From Chiloscyllium plagiosum (taxonomy: Eukaryota): 64,000 bases of DNA. The position numbers and the translations under genes were made by a program. The notes beneath the pieces were generated by a model. That model ran no database searches, was not told the origin of the DNA, and saw only the letters and a program-made list of their open reading frames with translations. The first letter of the stretch is position 1; every line of letters begins with the position of its first letter. The stretch is taken from positions 25,811,147-25,875,146 of the forward strand of contig NC_057741.1 in assembly GCF_004010195.1 (NCBI RefSeq), written 5' to 3'. Positions 39,075 through 51,755 of the stretch are shown one piece after another.

Positions 39075-39470
39075 ATTGTTGAAAGCAGTAGGACAGATGG
39101 ATAAGGTGCCTAAGAAGGCATACGGGATATTTGTATTTATTGGTCAAGGCATTGAATACAAGGGCAAGGAGGTTATGAAGGAGCTGTATACAACAAAAGT
39201 CAGGCCACAGCTGGAGTACAGTGTACAGTTCTGGTCACCACACTATAGGGATGCAGTCGAATGCAGTCGAGAATGCAGAGATTTGCCAGAATGTTGCATG
39301 GGCTGGAAAGATTGAGCTATGTAGACGGACTAGATAGGCTGCGGATGTTGTCCTCAGAGCAGAGAAGACTGAGCAGGGAGCATGACTGAGGTGCACAAGG
39401 TTATGAGGGGCATAGATAGGGTAGATAGGGAAACTCTTTTCCACTCAGTAGGCAGGTCAATAACCAGGAG
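39075..39470 (+). mobile_element. CR1 3' RT fragment
   Basis: LYTTKVRPQLEYSVQFWSPHY. Confidence 0.8.
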
Positions 39471-40504
39471 AAAGTGAGGACTGCAGCTGCTGGAGTACCA
39501 GAGTTGAAAAATGTGGTGCTGGCAGGGCCATGGTTTTCAGGAAAGCAATACGAGGCTTAGAGGGTATTGAGAGACTTATGGGTGACTGGAGCTTACAGCC
39601 TTAAAGGGTGTTAGAGGTGGAAATCCTCAAGATAGATATGAACTAGGTAGATGAGCATTTGAAATGCCAGTGCAAGTGCTGGAAAACGGGATTAGGATAG
39701 ATCCACATTTGATGAGCAGCAAGTATGCAATGAGCTGAAGGACCTTTTTGCATGCTGTAAAAACTCAATGAGTCTCTGGTGCAGGAGCAGAGAGGTGTAG
39801 GGAGAGCAATCTAGAGATTGGGGCCCAGCCAACTGAAGGCGGATGTGATTGGCACAGGAAGTACAATTGAGGATGCTCAGAAAGAGCAAAGGTCAATGTT
39901 CTATAGGGAAGGAAATTGCCACCCTTATCTGATCTGGCCTACCTGTGACTCCAGACCCACAGCAATGTGGCTAGCTCTTAACTGCCCTCTGGGATGGACA
40001 ATAAATATTGGCCTAGCCAGCAATTCCCTCATTCCGTCAATGTGTTTAAAAGATGCATCCAAGCCCCCTCTCATCCTCCCAAGGGTCCTACCATTCAACA
40101 ATGTACTCTCTCTCTTCCTTTGTTCATCTTCCCAAAAAACATCACTTCACACTTTTCAGGATTAAATGCCATTTGCCACTGTTCAGGCCATCCGACCAGC
40201 CCATCTATATTATTCCACTTTGCTTCTTTCCTTTAGGAAATTCCTTAAAACAGATCTTTCAGTCCTTCCACTATCGCTCCCCCCCCCCCCCCCCATCCCA
40301 GTTTGTCCAAGAGGTCACATTCGAGGCTGTGAGTTGCCATTCCTCCAGTTATTATGGAGAGGGGACAGCTCAGTCTGAACCTCTATCAGGACAGCTGTTG
40401 GTCCACTGGATTAATTCCACCGAGCAACGTGGGACAGGCAGTGAGTTCAATGGCAAATTCAAGGTGTTTAGGATGTTTGTGTGTGAACCCTGCATAGCTA
40501 TAAT

Positions 40505-41795
40505 TTGGAGGTGCCGGTGTTGGACTGGGGTATACAAAATTAAAATCACACAACACCAGGTTATGGTCCAACAGGTTTATTTGGAAGTACTAGCTTTTGG
40601 AGTGCTGCTCCTTCATCAGGTAGTTGTGGAGTTTAAGATCGTAACAACTAAAATTATATATTGAAAAAGACCTGATTGTTTGTTAAACTTCTCATCTTTT
40701 AGAATGACCATGTTGGTTTCAGTTCTTACATATGTAAATTCCAAAACATTTTTTGAAGTTATGTTCTCAAGTGAACTTTAACATTCATGCAGTTTTTGAG
40801 CAAAATAGTCTGCAAGTACAAATTCACCCCACAAACTTATATGTGTGTGTGTGTGTGTGTGTGTGATGGGCATTGTGAGTCTCTGTGAGAGAGTGTGTGT
40901 GAGTGTAGAGGAGTATGTGTCTGTGAGAGGATGCGTTTGTGGGTATGAGTGTGGGGCTTGTGTATGTGTGAGTGTATGAGTGAGAGCCTGTGTATGAGAG
41001 AGGGTCTACATGAGTGTATTGGTCTGTAGGAGTGTGTATGTGCTTGCAAGCATGTGTGTGAGAGAATGTGTAGTGCAGTGGGGTCACCTGTAGTGTGACA
41101 TGAACCCAATGTCAACACTACAGGTGACCCCACTGCACTACACCCCACACACACACACACAATCCTACAGACCCATACACTCACACAGACCCCCTCTCAT
41201 ACACAACTCTCTCTCATACTCTCACACACATCCACACACATACTCTCTCACAGACTTATACCCCTTTACACACACACATACACATACTCACACTCTCTCA
41301 CAAACACTCATACCTCCCCCACCTCCCCCACCCCCCCCAACCACACACATACCCACATAAATTTGTGGGGTGAATTTGTACTTGCAGAATTACATTATAT
41401 TTTGCTCAAAAACTGCATGAATCCATGTAAGATTCTGTAAATCGCCTTTTTAGAAATAGTATCAGTCTGAATATTGGGGCACAGACAGCCTCACACAGGG
41501 CACCTTACACCTTCAATGTATTATCTGGGTTGACACGGCACCTATTGTTAAAGTTTTGGGATTTACATATGTAAGAACTGAAACAAACATGGCCATTCTA
41601 AAAGATGAGAGGCTTAACAAACAACCAGGTCTTTTTCAATATATAATTTCAGTTGCATCACAGTGTAAACTTTTGCTATAAATTCTGTGAATTACGATCT
41701 TATACTTAGCAACCACCTGATGACAAAGTGCTCTGAAGGCTCGTGCTTCCAACTAAACCTGTTGGACTATAACCTGGTGTGTGATTTTTAACTTG
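40505..41795. repeat. Inverted duplication (quasi-palindrome) of a Penelope terminal region with CA/GT microsatellite
   Basis: The left arm (40505-41100) is the reverse complement of the right arm (41110-41795), with a central loop at ~41101-41109. Confidence 0.85.
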
Positions 41796-42300
41796 GCATA
41801 GTATAGGTTGGCAATCATAACTCAGCCACTATTTGGGGTGGGGAGGTGGTGGGAACAACCAGCAGGACACGTGGCTAAGCTGAAACAGTGCGTGACAGTT
41901 TCAAGTCTGACTGTGTTTGTGCTCCCACCTGCTTGCTGTACAGGATGGGGTCTCCGCATCTCAGGTACCAGCAGTTAAAACAAGAGTGGGGAAGGGAAAG
42001 GGGCTATTGAGTGAATGTGTAGGGAGGTGGGGTTTTGAGAGGAGAGACTGTGAGAGTAAATGAATGAGAGGGGTTTAGTGGTGTGTGTGTGTGTGCGCGT
42101 GTGAGAGGCAATGGAAGGAGCGAGGAGAGGCTGATTGCGGTGTCTGCAGGATTCACCGAGTATTCCATCACTCGGAAACAGGGAGAGCTTGGTTAAAACC
42201 TACGTGAGGTCATTGAGTCATATTTTTACCAAATGTATTGGAATTTTAAAAATTTTAATAAAATGTACGACTGTTTTATAAGTTGATCTATAATACACAA

Positions 42301-42428
42301 GGTAAAAACAATGACTGCAGATGCTGGAAACCAGATTCTGGATTAGTGGTGCTGGAAGAGCACAGCAGTTCAGGCAGCATCCGAGGAGCAGTAAAATCGA
42401 CATTTCGGGCAAAAGCCCTTCATCAGGA
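42301..42428 (-). mobile_element. Short Penelope 3'-terminal element with 15-bp TSD and intact hammerhead boxes
   Basis: TSD atct(a/g)taatacacaa at 42286-42300 and 42429-42443. Core on the minus strand: CTGATGA-A-GGGC-tttt-GCCC-GAAA-T-GTC (42426-42399). Confidence 0.85.
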
Positions 42429-42680
42429 ATCTGTAATACACAAACCTAACTGCTATTGTACTGCTTTAATTTTGCAGACTACAGGTTTCTAGGATTAATG
42501 TGAGCTGCTGGGAGAGACTGAAATGGTTCTGAGTGAGGGAGTTATAATGGTGATGGTTGGTCTTTCCCTGAAAGTCACATCCTCCTGGCACTAGTCAAGC
42601 TCCTTAAGGTCTTCCACCCAAAGTACACCTAGGGGCTGGAAACTATGTAGAACCTCTTAGATTGTGTACCTGATAACATC

Positions 42681-44280
42681 GAATTGAATTGAATTGAATT
42701 TGTTGTCAAGTGTACCGAGGCAAAGGGAAAAGCTTTGTCTTGCGAACAATATAGGCAGATCGCAGAGTTAAGTAGCATAGATAGGTAAACAATAGGTAAC
42801 AGCTGCAAAAGCAAAAATACAGGCGAATGTTATGAGTTTGTGAGTCCATTCAGTATTCTAACAACAGTAGGGTAGAAACTGTTTCTAAACCGGCTGGTGC
42901 ATGTGTTCAGCCTTCTGTACCTTCTCCCCAATGGTAGAGGTTGTAGAAAAGCATTGCCAGGGTGGGATGGCTCTTTGAGAATGCTGGCGGCCTTTGCTTG
43001 ACAGCGGGCCTGGTAGATGGATTCTATAGATGGGAGGTTGGCCTTTGTGATTGTCCAGATTGAGTTCACCACTCTCTGTAACTGTCTCCAATCTTGAATG
43101 GTACAGTTGCCATACCAGGTAACGATACATCCAGACAGAATTCTCTCGATGTCACACCTATAAAAGTTGGCAAGGGTATTCCCCGTCATGCCAAATTTCC
43201 TCAGCTACCTGAGGAAGAAGAGCTGTTGTTGGGCCTTTGTAACTACTGCGTCCACATGAAGAATTCAAGAAAGCGTGTTGTGGATAACCACTCCCAGGAG
43301 CTTGACATTCTCCACTCTTCCCACCTCTGTGTTGTTAATGTGTGGGGGGGGCATGAGTAACGTCCCACCGAAAGTCAATAATGAGTTCCTTGGTTTTGCT
43401 GGCATTGAAGGCTAGGTTGTTCTCAGTGCACCATTTTTTACAGGACTTCCACCTTTCATCTGTAGTCTGTTTCGTTACCATCTGAGAGTCGACCGACTAT
43501 GGTGATGTCATCAGTGAACTTGTAAATGACTTTAGTCTGGTATTTGGCGACGCAGTTATGGGTATACAGTGAGCACAGTAGGGAGCTGAGTACGCACCCC
43601 TGGAGGGCTCCAGTGTTGAGTGTTAGTGAGGATGAAATATTGTCCACAATCTTCACTGATCATCGCCTGTGGGTCAGGAAACTGAGGATCGAGTTGCAGA
43701 GAGTGGGGCTTAGTCCAAGATCACTAAGTTTAGTAAACAGTCTCGAGGGGATAATAGTGTTGAAGGCTGAACTGTAGTCAATGAGTAAGATTCTTACGTA
43801 GCTGTTCTTGGTGTCAAGATGTTCTAAGGAGTGAAGGGCAAGTGATATGGCATCTGACGTGGATCTGTTGATCCGATAGGTAAATTGGAGTGGGTCGAGT
43901 AGTGGGGAGGCTGGAGTTGATTAATGCCATCACCAGCCTTTCAAAGCACTTCATGACCATTGAAGTTAGGGCCACTGGGTAGTAGTCATTGAGACATGCT
44001 GCATGAGCCTTCTTCAGCACAGGGATGATGTTGGCCCTCTTGAAACAGGTAGGGACAGTGGCCTGCTGCAGGGAGAGGTTGAAGATGTCCGAAAAAACCT
44101 CTGCCAGTTGATCTGCGCATGCTCTGAGTGCACGGCCTGGTATTCCGTCTGGTCCCATCGCTTTCCTTGCATTCACACAAAGGAAAACTGATCTAACCTA
44201 TCATGGAGTGACTGTTGTGATAGCTTCGTCAGGACTTGTCGGAATAGGTGTTAACTCTCTGCCGAAATTCTGCTCAACAA
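42681..44280 (-). mobile_element. Rex1/Babar-clade LINE, 5'-truncated RT
   Basis: [57 protein letters not shown] and RFRNSFYP; (caatt)n tail at 42681-42699. Confidence 0.9.
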
Positions 44281-44329
44281 AGTGTACGTTGTTAATATCA
44301 AGAGAATTCATATTGTAAGAAGTGCGTCA

Positions 44330-45116
44330 GAGTGGTGGCACGGTGGCTCATAGTGCCAGAGACCATAGCTCCAACGCCAGTGTTCAATTCTAGCCTCAGG
44401 CGATTGTCTGTGTGAAGTTTGCATATTCTCCCCGTGTCTGAGAGTTTCCTCCCACAGTCCAGAGATGTGCAGGTTAGCTGAATTGGCCATGCTAAATTAT
44501 TCATAGTGTTCAGGGATGTGTTGGTTAAGTGCATTAGTCAGGGGTAAATGTAGGGGGATGGGTCTGGGTGCAATGCTCTTCGGACGGCCGGTGTGGATTT
44601 GTTAGATCAAATGGTCTGTTTCCATGCTATAGGAATTCTATGATACAACTTTCTATTCTATAATACACTGTGTACAGCAAAGTTTAATTCAAATACACTT
44701 TCTGGAATTTAAAATTATTTGCCTGCAGTCTGTATGCTTGACTTGTAAAGTATATTGTAAATATTAAGCGTATTATTTGTCAGTACTTGGTAGTACAGAA
44801 CTTAAACATTGCAAAGTGGGTGGCATGGTGGCACAGTGGTTAGCACTGTTGCCTCACGGCGCCAGAGACCCGGATTCAATTCCCGCCTCAGGTGACTTGT
44901 CTGTGTGGAATTTGTACATCCTCCCCTTGTCTGTGTGCGTTTCCTCTGGGTGCTCCAGTTTCCTCCCACAATCCAAAAATGTGCAGGTTAGGTGAATTGG
45001 CTATGCTAAATTGCATGTAGCGTTAGGTGTAGGGGAATGGGTTTGGGTGGGTTGTGCATCGGTGTGGACTTGTTGGGCCAAAGGGCCTGTTTCCACGCTG
45101 TAAGTAATCTAATCTA
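44330..45116 (+). mobile_element. Two HE1-like V-SINEs (44330-44643 and 44817-45116)
   Basis: Each has a tRNA-like head, V-domain and tail (ttctatgat; gtaatctaatctaa). Confidence 0.85.
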
Positions 45117-45194
45117 AAAAAGGAGACTAAAAGTTGAAGATCTGTTTTGCACTCATGGGGACGAGGATGAAAGAAACAGGCTTGAAAAAAGGAT

Positions 45195-45320
45195 TCCTGA
45201 AGAGGAGCTTATGCCCGAACCGTCGATTCTCCTGCTCCTTGGATGCTGCCTGACCTGCTGCGCTTTTCCAGCAACACATTTTCAGCTCTGATCTCCAGCA
45301 TCTGCAGTCCTCACTTTCTC
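45195..45320 (+). mobile_element. Short Penelope 3'-terminal element with 14-bp TSD
   Basis: TSD cttgaaaaaaggat at 45181-45194 and 45321-45334; the element begins at tcCTGAAGA. Confidence 0.85.
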
Positions 45321-46304
45321 CTTGAAAAAAGGATATCAAGTCTCTTGTTACTTGAATCCCGGTTCAGATAAGTGCAAGTTGAAAAGCTTCTGATACCCTT
45401 TTAGCAAAATTAAAAATGGATTGAGGCAGGTATGAGTGAAGCATGTTGCATGAAGCAACTTAATTTTGTTGCATTTTATGTAATTTTAATGTTGTGATGT
45501 TTATATTGTAAAATTTTATGAATAAATCTTCTTGGAAAAAAAGCTCTGGTCAAGCTCCAATGATATGATATTTGTGATCTGGGAGGAAGGAAGTTTCTTT
45601 CTAAACAATTGTTAATCCAAATCTGTTTTGCTTTCACAATCTCCTGTAGTTGCAGGTCTGTTACCTTCAACAAGGTATTCAAACTTGATGAGGTGATACT
45701 TAAGAACATAAGAACAAGATGTGGATTCAATAGACATTTATTACAGCTCCTGGCATCAGCACACATCACAATCACAAACACTTGTGTGTCTGGGATAAAG
45801 CTGCATAATTCAGATGTAAACTTCAGCACAATTCCCTCTGTGCATAATGCTGCAAGAAGACACAGTAACATGGAGACTGAGAACTTTATACATCAGGCCC
45901 ATGCAATGATTTTATGAGAATGTAGATTTTTGTAATATTGCAGAGTTGAGGACTACGAGGAACTAGCACACAAGTGGAGCTGCAGCCTGGAATTGATCAG
46001 CCATGACCTTTTGGATGGGGGAAGGTTTGAAGGGATGAATGGCCCTCTTCTACTTCTATTTCTCCTATTCTGATGTTCTTTTAAGGTGTTTATTTTTCAT
46101 ACCTGTTTCTTGCGAGCTAGCTCTGATGAGCCCGAGTTGCGAAGTTTCAAATCAGTGACCTACCAGACTCAAAACCTTAACCTTTTGCCGCAGATGCTAC
46201 CTGACTTGCTGACTTTTTCCAACGATTTCTGTTTTTGTTTCAGATTTCCAGCATAGGCAGATCTTTGTTTTATTTTAGTATTAAAATTTACATAGTCGCT
46301 CTGA

Positions 46305-46850
46305 AACATAACATGACGTTTTTGAGGGTGGTATGGCAACTGCTCTGCTTAGAACTGTAAGAAACTACAGAAGGTGGTGCGCACACAGCCCAGACCAGCA
46401 CGGAAACCAATCTACCATTCATGGACTCCATTTACACAGCTCGCTGCAGTGGAAAGGTTGCCAACATCAAAGGTCCCATTGCACCCCAGTAATGCTCTCC
46501 CATAACCTCTTCATCAGGCAGAACATACAGGAGCCTCAACATATGACCCAGCAGATTCAGGAACAGCTTCTCCCTGGCCGTTATTAGTGTGATGAATGGA
46601 TCCTCTAGCCTCAAACAATGCTGATCTTGTTAACGCTGATCTCACCCAGCGCACGCCCTGTCTCTTTAACCGTACATAGAGACGTACAGCACGGAACAGA
46701 CCCTTCGGTCCAACCCGTCCATTCCGACCAGATATCTCAACCCAATCTGCTCCCACCTGCCAGCAACCTATCCTTGCTTACAATGATCTACCTGTGGTGC
46801 TCATAAACAAAGCTTTTCACTGTACTTCGGTCCATGTGGCAATCAATCAA
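46305..46850 (+). mobile_element. Rex1/Babar 3' fragment containing a short CR1/HE1-type tail insert
   Basis: tggtatggcaactgctct...agcagattcaggaacagcttc; tail caatcaatcaatc. Confidence 0.65.
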
Positions 46851-46919
46851 TCTGGAATTGACTGCAGCCGATTGCTCCCCACCTGAGGCTATCCAAATGC
46901 ACTTTGTTGTTTTTGTCCA

Positions 46920-47084
46920 GGATCAGGGCGGTGGTGGCGAGAGGCACGCTAACGTCATGAAGAGGCGGATACACTGACGTCATTGCAATCCCGGACACGT
47001 CGTGAGGAGGCGGGGCCTGCGTGCTGGCGTTACGCGTAGCGCGGTGACGCATGGACGTGCTTAGTCACGTGCCCCCCTCCGGCG
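46920..47084 (+). promoter_or_regulatory. EXOSC3 CpG-rich, TATA-less promoter / 5' UTR
   Basis: Full CRE TGACGTCA at 46975-46982, GC box GAGGCGGGGC near 47007, half-CRE TGACG near 47045, and E-box GTCACGTG at 47064-47071. CpG density is high compared with the CpG-depleted flanks. Confidence 0.75.
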
Positions 47085-47303
47085 ATGATGGAGCGAGCCG
47101 CCGCTGAGGCCGTCTCTCAGGTGGTGCTGCCCGGGGACCTGCTGACTTTCCCGCCCAACTCCGGGGACAGGGTCCTGTGCGGGCCCGGCCTGAGGCGCCA
47201 GGGCTGCGGGCAGCTGTCCGGACAAGCTCTGGTGGCCTGCAAGTCCGGCGTGCTCCGGCAGAAAGAGCCCTCGGTCTACTGGGTGGAGTCGCAGCAGAAG
47301 CGG
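47085..47303 (+). CDS. EXOSC3: Exosome complex component RRP40, exon 1 (73 codons)
   Basis: [18 protein letters not shown]...VLCGPGLRR...[22 protein letters not shown] matches the RRP40 N-terminal motifs (VVLPG, GPGL, YWVDSQQKR). Donor CGG|GTGAGG at 47304; CpG-rich context. The start could be the ATG at 47085 or at 47088. Confidence 0.95.
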
Positions 47304-48807
47304 GTGAGGGAAGCCGGGCCACCCTGTGGTCGGTCGGTGGGTGGGTGGATGGATTGGATGGTGCCAGGCCTTGGATGGGTACAATGGGCCCTGGAGTGGG
47401 GATACTGGAGCAGTATAAGCCCGGGGAAGTGGAGGGCCAGGCGGCGTGGGTACATAGACCTGGGGGGTCACTAGGGGAAAGGGGAATCGTTTCTGGGGGG
47501 TACTGGAAGTCCTCAGCAGATTACGGGCTGGAGGTCATGGGGCTACAGAGGTCACAGGGGTAGAGGGACTAGGGGAGTGGGTACTGGAACTTGTGAGGTG
47601 TTGGCACTGAAGGAGATGGTGGGGAGGGAACTAAACCTGAAATTTCTGGAAAGGCTCGTCCTGAAGAAAGGTTTTATACCTGGAATGTTGACTTCTCCAC
47701 TTTTGATGCTGCTGGCTTGCTGTGTTCTCCCAGCCTCCTGCCTGTCCACTTTGGATTCTGGCATCTGCAGTTTGTTTTTGTCTCCAGTCAGGTCAGGCGG
47801 CATCTGTAGAGGGAAGTCAGAGTTAATGTTTAGGGTGTTGTTAACACTGATTTTTCTCCACAGATGTTGCCAGACATGCTGAGCTTTTCCAGCAATTTAT
47901 ATTCTTGATTCTAATTTACAGCATCTGTAGTTCTTTTGGTTTTTATGGTTGGGAGGGAGGTGTATTGGGTGTAGGGATTAAGGCAGGAGCACTACAGTGG
48001 AACTCAAGTTGTTTATTCATGAATCATAGCACTTCTACAAACTGATTTGCTTACCCATTCCATGGTGTATGAAGAGAAAATCAACTTCCTATCCTTTGGG
48101 CAGTTCCAGAGGTGCGAGTAGACATGTACTGATCAAAGTCAAATTAGATTCAGCTATTTTACCTTTCCTCTCCCTAGCCCATGTGTTTAATTTTGTTTTC
48201 TGGTTACCTGATTGGTTAAGACATGATAATTCATTCTGATACACAAGAGTCTCTAAATCAAATTATTGAGAAATTCATGCAAATAAGGAGATGGAATTTG
48301 ATTGTTTCCCAGACTTTAGCCTTAAAGTATGTGGAAGGTACTACTAAAGTTTATGTGAATCAGAAATTGCTAGAAAAACTCACCAAGTCTGGCAGCATCT
48401 GTGAAGAGAAGGAAGAGTTAATGTATTAGGTACAGGAACTCCTCAGAACTCAAGTTTAGTCAGCATATTAGCACAGAAGAATTATGTGAATAACTTGTGT
48501 TTTGAGTTAAATTCTTGGTAATTTTAGATTTTATGATGGCTGCTGTGGTTCAAAAGCTCCCAGGGGCAAAGTAGATATGCATGCCTTAAATAATACTTAC
48601 CTGGTACCCTGAGAATACTGCGTGGACAATTTGGTGATTTTTAAGCAGAGATTTCCATTATTGCCAATATTTATTTGCTGCTTGGTGTACAGTTAAGAAA
48701 TTCAGCTGCATTATTCCAGAATTTGTAACTATAACTTAGTTATAACTTAATGCAGAGCAGATTTTATTGGAAAAGAATTTACAAATATCTTATTGCGGTT
48801 TTTTCAG

Positions 48808-48957
48808 TATGTACCAGCTAAAGGAGAATACGTGATCGGAGTTGTGACTACAAAGTCTGGTGATATATTCAAAGTTGATGTTGGAGGAAGTGAACAAGCT
48901 TCATTGTCATATTTAGCATTTGAAGGAGCTACGAAACGAAATCGACCAAATGTCCAA
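48808..48957 (+). CDS. EXOSC3: RRP40 exon 2 (150 nt; S1 domain)
   Basis: Acceptor ttttttcag|TAT and donor CAA|GTAAGA; encodes [50 protein letters not shown], a characteristic RRP40 segment. Confidence 0.97.
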
Positions 48958-49141
48958 GTAAGAATAGTTTTTTGTAAAGCTTTAATAAGTACATTTTAAT
49001 ATTGTAATCTTTAATGCTTAAGCTGCAGACTGATTTATTTTTGTGTAGTTTTGAGAGTTCTTCAGTGATGTGAGTGGTTTAGCTTGATAGAAGTGAATGA
49101 CCTACCCACTGCAACAAGGTGACCAGGGTCATAAGTATCTA

Positions 49142-49268
49142 GGAGACAATGGGGATTGCAGATATTGGAGAAATTAGAGTTGATAAAGCATTGCGCTGGG
49201 AAAAGCACAGCAGGTCAGGCAGCATCCGAGGAGCAAGAGAGATTTGACGTTACGGGCATGACCCTTCG
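49142..49268 (-). mobile_element. Short Penelope 3'-terminal element in EXOSC3 intron 2
   Basis: aaaagcacagcaggtcaggcagcatccgaggagc...acccttc; imperfect TSD (ggtcataagtatc / gttcataatgatc). Confidence 0.75.
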
Positions 49269-50099
49269 GGTTCATAATGATCACCGGTTTTAGCAAAGAA
49301 TTTTTAACCATTTTCAGATTAACATCGCCGTTCTAAAAAGGAATTTTCTTGTGTATATGAACTTTATGAAATATACATGCCCTTTCAATAGCAAGAAGGC
49401 CAAAATCTGGGCTGCTGAATGCAGATTCATAGATTTGCCTTGTCCACACCAATCATTTCTCTGACACAGGAGTTGGTGCAATCAAGATTCAACATCTACT
49501 GTTAATGTAGAAATTGGACCAATATGAATACTGGTACGTCTTGTGCTAACAATTAAATGGATGAATTAAATTCACATTTGTTTTTTTTTTAATACATAAA
49601 GTATTCACATGCAGACCTTAGGCCGTTTCACAAGTTAAGTCCTCAATTGAATAATATCAGCTATGTCCATGCCTTCTAAGAATTTCAGGTTTGTAGAATT
49701 TCTCAAGGTGTGTTAATAGTTTTCTTGGAGTTGATATAATTAATGTTAGGGAGATTTCAAATCAGAGGATGCTGCTTACATGCTATCTGTTGCCATTAAT
49801 TTGAACATTGGGATGAAATATCTACAATCATGTTTTTAGTGACCACAAAAACTTCAGCCGCTGAAGAGTCAGCATGAATTGTCATTGATCGCTGTTGGCC
49901 TCTTGGCAGTGGAGCTGTGGCTGCCAGTCTTCTGTGTTTGCTGTGGGTTCTTCAGAGCACTTGAGGCTGTCCTGGTCGATCAGTGTTCTGCTCCCCTTGT
50001 TCTGGAGGTGAGGGATCGGATGCAACTCATGAGTTAACTGATCTCTAGTTTTGCTGCTGAGCTTGTGCAGTGGCCATTACCTGCACGTGAAGAACAATA

Positions 50100-50750
50100 T
50101 TGCCAAAACTTCAAACTTATCCCCATTCAGACAATGCTGAATATAATCAGATTGGTCATTTTGAAGTCCTCGAGGCCCTTTCCTATTTTGTACTGATCAG
50201 ATTGGATTGGACTCTGCCAAGTCCACTTCCTGCCCCAAATTTCTTACCTCCTTGGTGCCCTATACTCAATGTGTGTCCTGACCTATTACAATAATAACAT
50301 TTGAAAGGGGTTGCTGCAGGAAATTTACTTGATCCCTCATTTATTTGCATGGTTTTCGTCTTTCTTTTTACGTTTCCTGGTGCAGTTTCAATCCTTTCTA
50401 AACCTAGAGGCATCTGTTGCCTGTTCTGATTTCCATCCAATCATTGTATATATTAATAACACGACATAATGCTTTCCTAAGGGAATGAGTCAAATCACTT
50501 AAATAAATATCCTTGAATGATTCTTCATCAATTCCTACATTTCTGTGGTGATACCTGAACCAGTTTATAAATCGCATACAGATGGTCAGCATGAGCTGTG
50601 GAGTTTCCTCTGCTTGTTTGTGCATAAATTCAACTGATCGATTCTTAGCATATCCCAAACCCCATTTGTTAATTCTTCTAGTTTAACATTTGGATACAGT
50701 GCAAAAGGAGGTGAAGAGGTAAATTGCTCTTAACTGACAAAACAATCCTA
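50100..50750 (-). mobile_element. Degraded LTR-retrotransposon gag remnant in EXOSC3 intron 2
   Basis: Zinc-knuckle-like FKCYYCNRSGH in ORF 50183-50440. Confidence 0.45.
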
Positions 50751-50934
50751 ATATTCTGATTAATGATGTGGGTGAGATTTCTTCAGGAAAATCTCATCTC
50801 CGCACATTGAAGTGGGCAGTCAGTGGGTTTAATCAGGACTCATTGATCACCCTGGACTTTTAACTCTGACAAGTTAACGCATCACATCTGTGTGGTGTTT
50901 ATAATACTGGTATCTCTTTACACTTCTCCAGTTA

Positions 50935-51755
50935 TAGTCATAGAGTCATTAGAGATGTACAGCACAGAAACAGACCCTTCGGTCCAACTCGTCCATGCCA
51001 ACCAGATATCCTAACCTAATCTAGTCCCATTTTCCAGCACTTGGCCCATGTCCCTCTCAACCCTTCTTATTCTTGTATCACCCAAGTGCCTTTTAAATGT
51101 TGCAATTGCATCAGTCTCTACCACTTCCTCTGGCAGCTCGTTCCATACACGCACCACCCTATACGTGAAAATGTTGCCCTTTAGATCCCTTTTATATCTT
51201 TCCCTTCTCACCCTAAATCTATGCCCTCTAGTTCTGAAATCCCCCATCCCAGGAAAGAAACTTTGTCTATTTACCCTATCCATACCCCTCAGCCTTTGCT
51301 CCACAGAAAACAGCCCCAGCTTATTCAGCCTCTCCAGCCCTGACAACATCCTTGAAAATCTTTTCTGAACCCTTTTAAGTTTCACAACATCTTTCTGATA
51401 GGAAGGAGACCAGAATTGCACGCAATAGTCCAACAGTGGTCTAACCAACGTCCATGTGCAACTGTAACATGGTGTCCCAACTCCTATACTCAACACTCTG
51501 ACCAATAAAGGAAAGCATACCAAACGCCACCTTCACTATCCTGTCTACCTGTGATTCTACTTTGAAGGAGCTATGAACCTGCACTCCAAGGTCTCTTTGT
51601 TCAGCAACACTCCCGAGGACCTTGCCATGAAGTGTATAAGTCCTGCTCAGATTTGCTTTCCCAAAATCACATTTATCTGGATTAAACTCCATCTGCCCCT
51701 TCTCAGCCCATTGGCCCGTCTCACCAAGATCCTGTTGTAATCGGAGGTAACCTTT
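50935..51755 (-). mobile_element. CR1 3' end in EXOSC3 intron 2
   Basis: WAEKGQMEFNPDKC, LVRPLLDYCVQFWSP, TRGHRFRV and VRVWNELPEEVVE. Confidence 0.9.

Noticed and set aside
44817-44890. tRNA-like sequences (here and at other SINE heads)
   Set aside because: They are tRNA-derived SINE heads running into V-domains, not tRNA genes.
45476-45917. Overlapping 131-aa and 102-aa ORFs upstream of EXOSC3
   Set aside because: No recognisable homology (not DCAF10-like) and no clear exon boundaries.
47304-47474. ORF-track extension of EXOSC3 exon 1 to 129 aa
   Set aside because: Read-through into intron 1; RRP40 similarity stops at the GT donor at 47304.
48725-48750. Short AT-rich palindrome (ataact-t-agttat) before exon 2
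   Set aside because: Too short and low in complexity to distinguish from chance.
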